Notes under the pieces: model-generated
Databases searched by the model: none
What the model was told of the DNA's origin: nothing
Seen by the model: only the letters and a program-made list of their open reading frames with translations
Assembly (NCBI GenBank): GCA_016840855.1
Contig: JAEORO010000231.1
Span: 1 to 11,941 of the forward strand
Origin: Candidatus Thorarchaeota archaeon
GTDB taxonomy: Archaea > Asgardarchaeota > Thorarchaeia > Thorarchaeales > Thorarchaeaceae
Direction of reading: 5' to 3'
Length of the DNA stretch: 11,941 nucleotides
Program-made: the position numbers and the translations under genes
Part shown: positions 8,683 through 11,941 of the stretch, piece after piece
Layout of the letters: each line of letters begins with the position of its first letter
Position numbering within the stretch: the stretch's first letter is position 1

Positions 8683-8705
8683 TGGTGGACCGGGTGGGAT
8701 TTGAA
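8683..8705 (-). repeat. tRNA-Ala 3'-end copy (putative att site, type A, perfect)
   Basis: 23/23 identical to 11765-11787. The left flank also contains TCAGAAAGAA, as does the tRNA trailer. Confidence 0.95.
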
Positions 8706-8725
8706 GTGGGAATACGTCCGATCTA

Positions 8726-8735
8726 TTTTTTTTTT
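8726..8735 (+). terminator. Oligo-T tract, possible archaeal terminator
   Basis: Run of 10 T about 100 nt downstream of the regulator stop codon. Confidence 0.35.
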
Positions 8736-8816
8736 GCGTAAAATTGTGGGCCAAGCAAGATTTGATATTGCAAGAGTATGATTAAGTAACTAGTCCTTGT
8801 TTCGGATGTACGAAAT

Positions 8817-9128
8817 TTGAACAGTGAAGAAGAGGATATCCAAATCGTATTCAATCCTGAAGCTGCAAAATCACTTGGCCTCAAGATTATTGTAATGTTG
8901 GCAGTTTTATTTCTCCCAATTCTTCTCATCTATTGGTTTCAAGAAATTCTGCGACCTTTGTATGGCGATCCTACTCCTCTCTCACCAGTCTATCTAAGCT
9001 TGTTTGCCCTCTTCGTAGGATGTTGGGTGTTTGGATTTGGAATCTTTTTACCATGGGCCGGTAGACGTATCGATGCGTTCATAGAAAGCAAGACTCATTA
9101 CAATAATGATTCAGAATTAGATAACTAA
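8817..9128 (+). CDS. Hypothetical membrane protein (2 TM helices)
   Basis: 103-aa ORF (TTG start) occupying the interval between two repeats; two hydrophobic segments. Confidence 0.7.
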   Translation: MNSEEEDIQIVFNPEAAKSLGLKIIVMLAVLFLPILLIYWFQEILRPLYGDPTPLSPVYLSLFALFVGCWVFGFGIFLPWAGRRIDAFIESKTHYNNDSELDN

Positions 9129-9154
9129 GAGAAGCTGTGTGAGTGAGAGAAAAG

Positions 9155-9177
9155 TGGTGGACCGGGCGTGATTCGAT
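9155..9177 (-). repeat. tRNA-Ala 3'-end copy (putative att site, type B)
   Basis: TGGTGGACCGGGCGTGATTCGAT, 22/23 to type B consensus and 19/23 to the resident tRNA; followed by TATA-like TTTAAG at 9181-9186. Confidence 0.92.
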
Positions 9178-9229
9178 TTGTTTAAGTCTTGGCAACTGAC
9201 ATCTCTCTCGTTGTGGAGTTAGGAAGATA

Positions 9230-9907
9230 ATGAAGACATACATCCTTCTGCCAAGAATGAAACGAGGTATGCTTCCTGAAGAGTTTCAAGATGATGATGT
9301 TAGGTCCGCGGAGTTTCTTTTGGAGTATTTTATCGAGCATTTCACACAACCAGGTGATACTGTCTTCGATCCATTTGCTGGATTTGGTACAACACTCCTT
9401 GTTGCTGAAAGAATGAAACGAATTCCATTCGGCATTGAAGCCGATGAACGACGATATGGGTATACTCGTTCAAAGCTGACAATGAAGGATAACATCATCC
9501 TTGGGGACTCTCGTAAACTGGATACATTTCCCCTACCAAATATAGACTTTGTATTCACCTCTCCCATCTTCATGGGATGTGATGAAACCAAAAACCCTCT
9601 TTCTGGATTCAAGGAGTACGGCACCTATCAGGTATACCTTGACCAGATTCAGGATATATTTCGAAAGTTGGATGCGTTTCTAAACCCAGCAGCTAGGGTG
9701 GTTGTTGAGGTCTACAACCTAGCCCCAAGAGATGGCCGACCGATGACCCTCCTGGCTTGGGATATGACTTATGCGATATCTAAAGTTCTCAGATTCGAGA
9801 AAGAGATTATTGCATGTTGGCAAGGCGTGGATGATGAAAACACCGGTGAAACCCCAATGGGTGTTGGGTATGACCATCACTACTGTCTTGTTTTTGTAAA
9901 AGATTGA
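9230..9907 (+). CDS. SAM-dependent nucleic-acid amino-methyltransferase-like protein (N6/N4 DNA methylase or Trm11-like)
   Basis: FTQPGDTVFDPFAGFGTTL SAM-binding motif I, GDSR, and IDFVFTSPIF at the position of the catalytic SPPY motif. Confidence 0.85.
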   Translation: MKTYILLPRMKRGMLPEEFQDDDVRSAEFLLEYFIEHFTQPGDTVFDPFAGFGTTLLVAERMKRIPFGIEADERRYGYTRSKLTMKDNIILGDSRKLDTFPLPNIDFVFTSPIFMGCDETKNPLSGFKEYGTYQVYLDQIQDIFRKLDAFLNPAARVVVEVYNLAPRDGRPMTLLAWDMTYAISKVLRFEKEIIACWQGVDDENTGETPMGVGYDHHYCLVFVKD

Positions 9908-9911
9908 GAAG

Positions 9912-9934
9912 TGGTGGACCGACCGCGATTCGAA
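9912..9934 (-). repeat. tRNA-Ala 3'-end copy (variant of type B)
   Basis: TGGTGGACCGACCGCGATTCGAA, 20/23 to type B consensus; 4 nt after the methyltransferase stop. Confidence 0.85.
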
Positions 9935-9959
9935 CTCGTACCTTGTGAAAACGAGTTTC

Positions 9960-9985
9960 ACGGAGTCACGCGACCGCCTCCACTT
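9960..9985 (+). repeat. Inverted tRNA-3'-end-like copy
   Basis: Plus strand GAGTCACGC-GACCGCC-T-CCA-CTT. The reverse complement matches the 6680 copy at 14/23, including an exact GCGTGACTC and correctly spaced CCA. Confidence 0.5.
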
Positions 9986-10047
9986 TGGATTTGTGCCAGT
10001 GTTTAGCTTTTGGCAAAGACCTGTTTATCAAAATCATCAATAGTCAA

Positions 10048-10863
10048 TCAATGTTTTCGTGTCAGAATCCCGGTATCAAAATGAAGCATCTGATGTCGGA
10101 CTCTTCTTCTAAGTTTAACACCAGACTTAGAATTCTCAAATATACTTTCACCTGCTAGTATCAAATCGTTGACTAAGTTCTGAGTTTCTATATCTGGACA
10201 ACGTTTAAGCCAATGAGTTAGATTCTCGAGTTCTTTTCGAATAAGTTTCATAACTGTCCTAGTGGGCTTACCATTATCAATAAGATCAACTCTCATCATT
10301 TCCTGACCCAGATAATGATATAATACCTTCAGAGAAATCAATAGAATTCTCCGACATGTGACGAAATCACCTCTTGCATTCCCTGGTCCTCTAAGGGCCA
10401 ATCTTTCTGCTCTACCAGTATAGTACCACTCTATCGGATCTTCATTATGCCCAATCTTCTCAATTACTATTTGACAGAGTTCTATGGGTGTATAGTCTTT
10501 CCTTGATAGGTACATCGTTGCAGATGGCAAACCAGGGATGTCTGTTTTGTCGAATCTAATTGGGAGAATCCCTCCATGCAATACTTTGACAGTATCCGAG
10601 AGTGTAGATCTTTTCTCAATTGTTGGATAGAATTTTTCTGCATAGTGCTTAGAGATGAACATGACACAGTATCTGCAACCATTTTCAAAAACATGGTGAA
10701 GAAACTCCACAAGATTTTCTCCCCACATCTTCGTCGTTTCAAATTCATCGAAAAAAACTTTGACTCCACTATTTCTCAAACAAATAGCGACGTCTCGCAC
10801 ATATTCTCTCTCTTCTCCAGCAAAAGATAGTGCAACATCATATTCTCGTTCTTTATCCTCCAC
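10048..10863 (-). CDS. TIR domain-containing protein (TIR_2-like N-terminus, unknown C-terminal domain)
   Basis: YDVALSFAGEEREYV...LRNSGVKVFFDEF...CVMFISKHYAEKFYPTIE, with Glu at the usual catalytic position, and ILPIRFD. GTG start with Shine-Dalgarno AGGTGA. Confidence 0.9.
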   Translation of the reverse strand: MEDKEREYDVALSFAGEEREYVRDVAICLRNSGVKVFFDEFETTKMWGENLVEFLHHVFENGCRYCVMFISKHYAEKFYPTIEKRSTLSDTVKVLHGGILPIRFDKTDIPGLPSATMYLSRKDYTPIELCQIVIEKIGHNEDPIEWYYTGRAERLALRGPGNARGDFVTCRRILLISLKVLYHYLGQEMMRVDLIDNGKPTRTVMKLIRKELENLTHWLKRCPDIETQNLVNDLILAGESIFENSKSGVKLRRRVRHQMLHFDTGILTRKH

Positions 10864-10878
10864 TCAAATCACCTATTG

Positions 10879-11691
10879 TCATTTATTATCATGAATCTCG
10901 TTTGCTGAAACCGTTTCATTCTCTCCTGTATAATTACTGAATGAAGTTGCCACAGAATCAACTACTCTCTTGTCAATTGATACAATTCCAGTTTCCCACG
11001 TGTCATTCTCGGAATTCCTAGTGAAATTCATTGAAGAAACAATAGCCACTTCATTGTCCACGATGACCAATTTCGAGTGAACTCCCCCTGCACCTCCTTT
11101 CCTCCCGGAATAGTACATGTCAACTCCTTCAGCTATTAGAGTCTTGTGAAACTCCCATCTCTCAGGGTCTCTCTTTGGTCGTCTAGTGATTAGGGAAACC
11201 TCGACTTTTCTCTTTGCAGCGCTACGAAGTGCTGTGCCCAATGTAGCTCCATCCACAAATGGATTGACAACCACAATGCTTGCTTTTGCACGATCCATTA
11301 GACGTCGGGTGATATCTGTGAGATTGGGTCCCTCTAAAAAGAAATGATGATTGTCGAGTGATACATTCACCCCAGCTGTACTAATCCACTGCTTAATCCA
11401 GTCGATATGTTCACTGGTCTGTTCTTTCTCAGGTTTGGTTACTTGTTCCACTGGGTTTGACTGATACTGCCTTTTCAATTCGTGGTCGATAATTCGAAAC
11501 CTTTTGATGCCTTCAATCTCCTCATAGGCGATTGTTTCTGAATTTCTTAGCTCTTTGACTGCCTTTAACATCTGGTTCTGAGAGAGTCCGGACTTTTCTC
11601 GAACATCCTTCCAATGGTCTGCAGCATCAAAGATGATAGCCCGGAGTATTTGGCCTTTCCAGGAGTCCCAGTATTTTGGCTTGTCTGACAT
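10879..11691 (-). CDS. Phospholipase D superfamily (HKD) protein, nuclease-like, with N-terminal winged-HTH-like domain
   Basis: Single HSKLVIVD (HxKxxxxD) motif followed by SSMNFT and ETG; AKASIVVVNPF and VEVSLITR; HTH-like N-terminus (WKDVREKSGLSQNQMLKAVKEL). Confidence 0.85.
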   Translation of the reverse strand: MSDKPKYWDSWKGQILRAIIFDAADHWKDVREKSGLSQNQMLKAVKELRNSETIAYEEIEGIKRFRIIDHELKRQYQSNPVEQVTKPEKEQTSEHIDWIKQWISTAGVNVSLDNHHFFLEGPNLTDITRRLMDRAKASIVVVNPFVDGATLGTALRSAAKRKVEVSLITRRPKRDPERWEFHKTLIAEGVDMYYSGRKGGAGGVHSKLVIVDNEVAIVSSMNFTRNSENDTWETGIVSIDKRVVDSVATSFSNYTGENETVSANEIHDNK

Positions 11692-11764
11692 TTTCTAATC
11701 CCCTACGCACGTGAATTGATTGGATTATCTCTGTAAGAACTCCCTCAAATACCTTCAGAAAGAA

Positions 11765-11841
11765 TGGTGGACCGGGTGGGATTTGAACCCACGACCTCCT
11801 CCATGCCAAGGAGGCATTCTACCAGTCTAAACTACCGGCCC
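11765..11841 (-). tRNA. tRNA-Ala(GGC) with encoded CCA
   Basis: Reverse complement GGGCCGGTAGTTTAGACTGGTAGAATGCCTCCTTGGCATGGAGGAGGTCGTGGGTTCAAATCCCACCCGGTCCACCA. Acceptor stem has G3:U70, anticodon arm is CCTCC-TTGGCAT-GGAGG, T-arm is GTGGG-TTCAAAT-CCCAC. Confidence 0.98.
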
Positions 11842-11873
11842 ATGATGCTGGTTCGCAATCCTTGATGGAACGG

Positions 11874-11879
11874 TTAAAA
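11874..11879 (-). promoter_or_regulatory. Putative TATA box of the tRNA gene
   Basis: TTTTAA on the minus strand about 33 nt upstream of the tRNA 5' end. Confidence 0.5.
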
Positions 11880-11941
11880 GAATTGTGGAGTGAACTGAGA
11901 ACTCCTACATCCTACGAAGGGAATATGCTTTTCTAATAGAC

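Larger units (their letters stand above)
911..11787. mobile_element. tRNA-Ala-anchored tandem array of gene cassettes (integron-like genomic island)
   Basis: 11 direct tRNA 3'-end copies plus the tRNA itself delimit 11 units of unrelated accessory genes; no integrase in the window. Confidence 0.75.

Noticed and set aside
911-9934. Classical integron attC sites or split-tRNA halves
   Set aside because: No consistent RYYYAAC...GTTRRRY attC structure and no IntI. The fragments lack the anticodon arm and 5' T-stem strand expected of trans-spliced tRNA halves.
1310-10830. Short shadow ORFs (1310, 3292, 3859, 4237, 4476, 4607, 5891, 6294, 6417, 7786, 7806, 8064, 8239, 8723, 9286, 9719, 10482, 10576)
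   Set aside because: They overlap better-supported genes in other frames or strands, or span repeats, and show no family motifs.
911-11787. CRISPR array interpretation of the repeats
   Set aside because: The intervals are 0.47-1.85 kb and contain genes, the repeat is a tRNA 3' end, and no cas genes are present.
11627-11809. 60-aa ORF MAWRRSWVQIPPGPP
   Set aside because: Spurious translation of the tRNA gene.
1-11941. Integrase, transposase or reverse transcriptase gene driving the array
   Set aside because: No ORF shows tyrosine-recombinase (R...HxxR...Y), serine-recombinase, DDE or RT (YADD-type) signatures that I can recognise. Any such enzyme must lie outside the window.

Overview
Archaeal accessory region directly downstream of an intact tRNA-Ala(GGC) gene (11765..11841, minus strand). 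The host is possibly an Asgard/Thorarchaeota- or Bathyarchaeia-like lineage; this is an inference from gene style, TATA boxes and GGAGGTGA Shine-Dalgarno sites. The main feature is at least 11 same-orientation, variably degenerate copies of the last ~23 nt of tRNA-Ala (T-loop to CCA; plus strand TGGTGGACCGGG(T/C)G(G/T)GATT(T/C)GAA), at about 911, 1723, 3260, 4495, 5199, 6045, 6680, 7220, 8683, 9155 and 9912. They divide the region into 0.47-1.85 kb units, each holding one gene or one small operon in either orientation. Cargo: iron-sulfur flavoprotein, amidohydrolase, OYE-like flavin oxidoreductase, several membrane or secreted proteins, a wHTH regulator module, a methyltransferase, and a PLD+TIR pair next to the tRNA. 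No integrase is encoded in the window. The layout suggests a tRNA-anchored, integron-like array of gene cassettes that uses tRNA 3'-end fragments as att sites.
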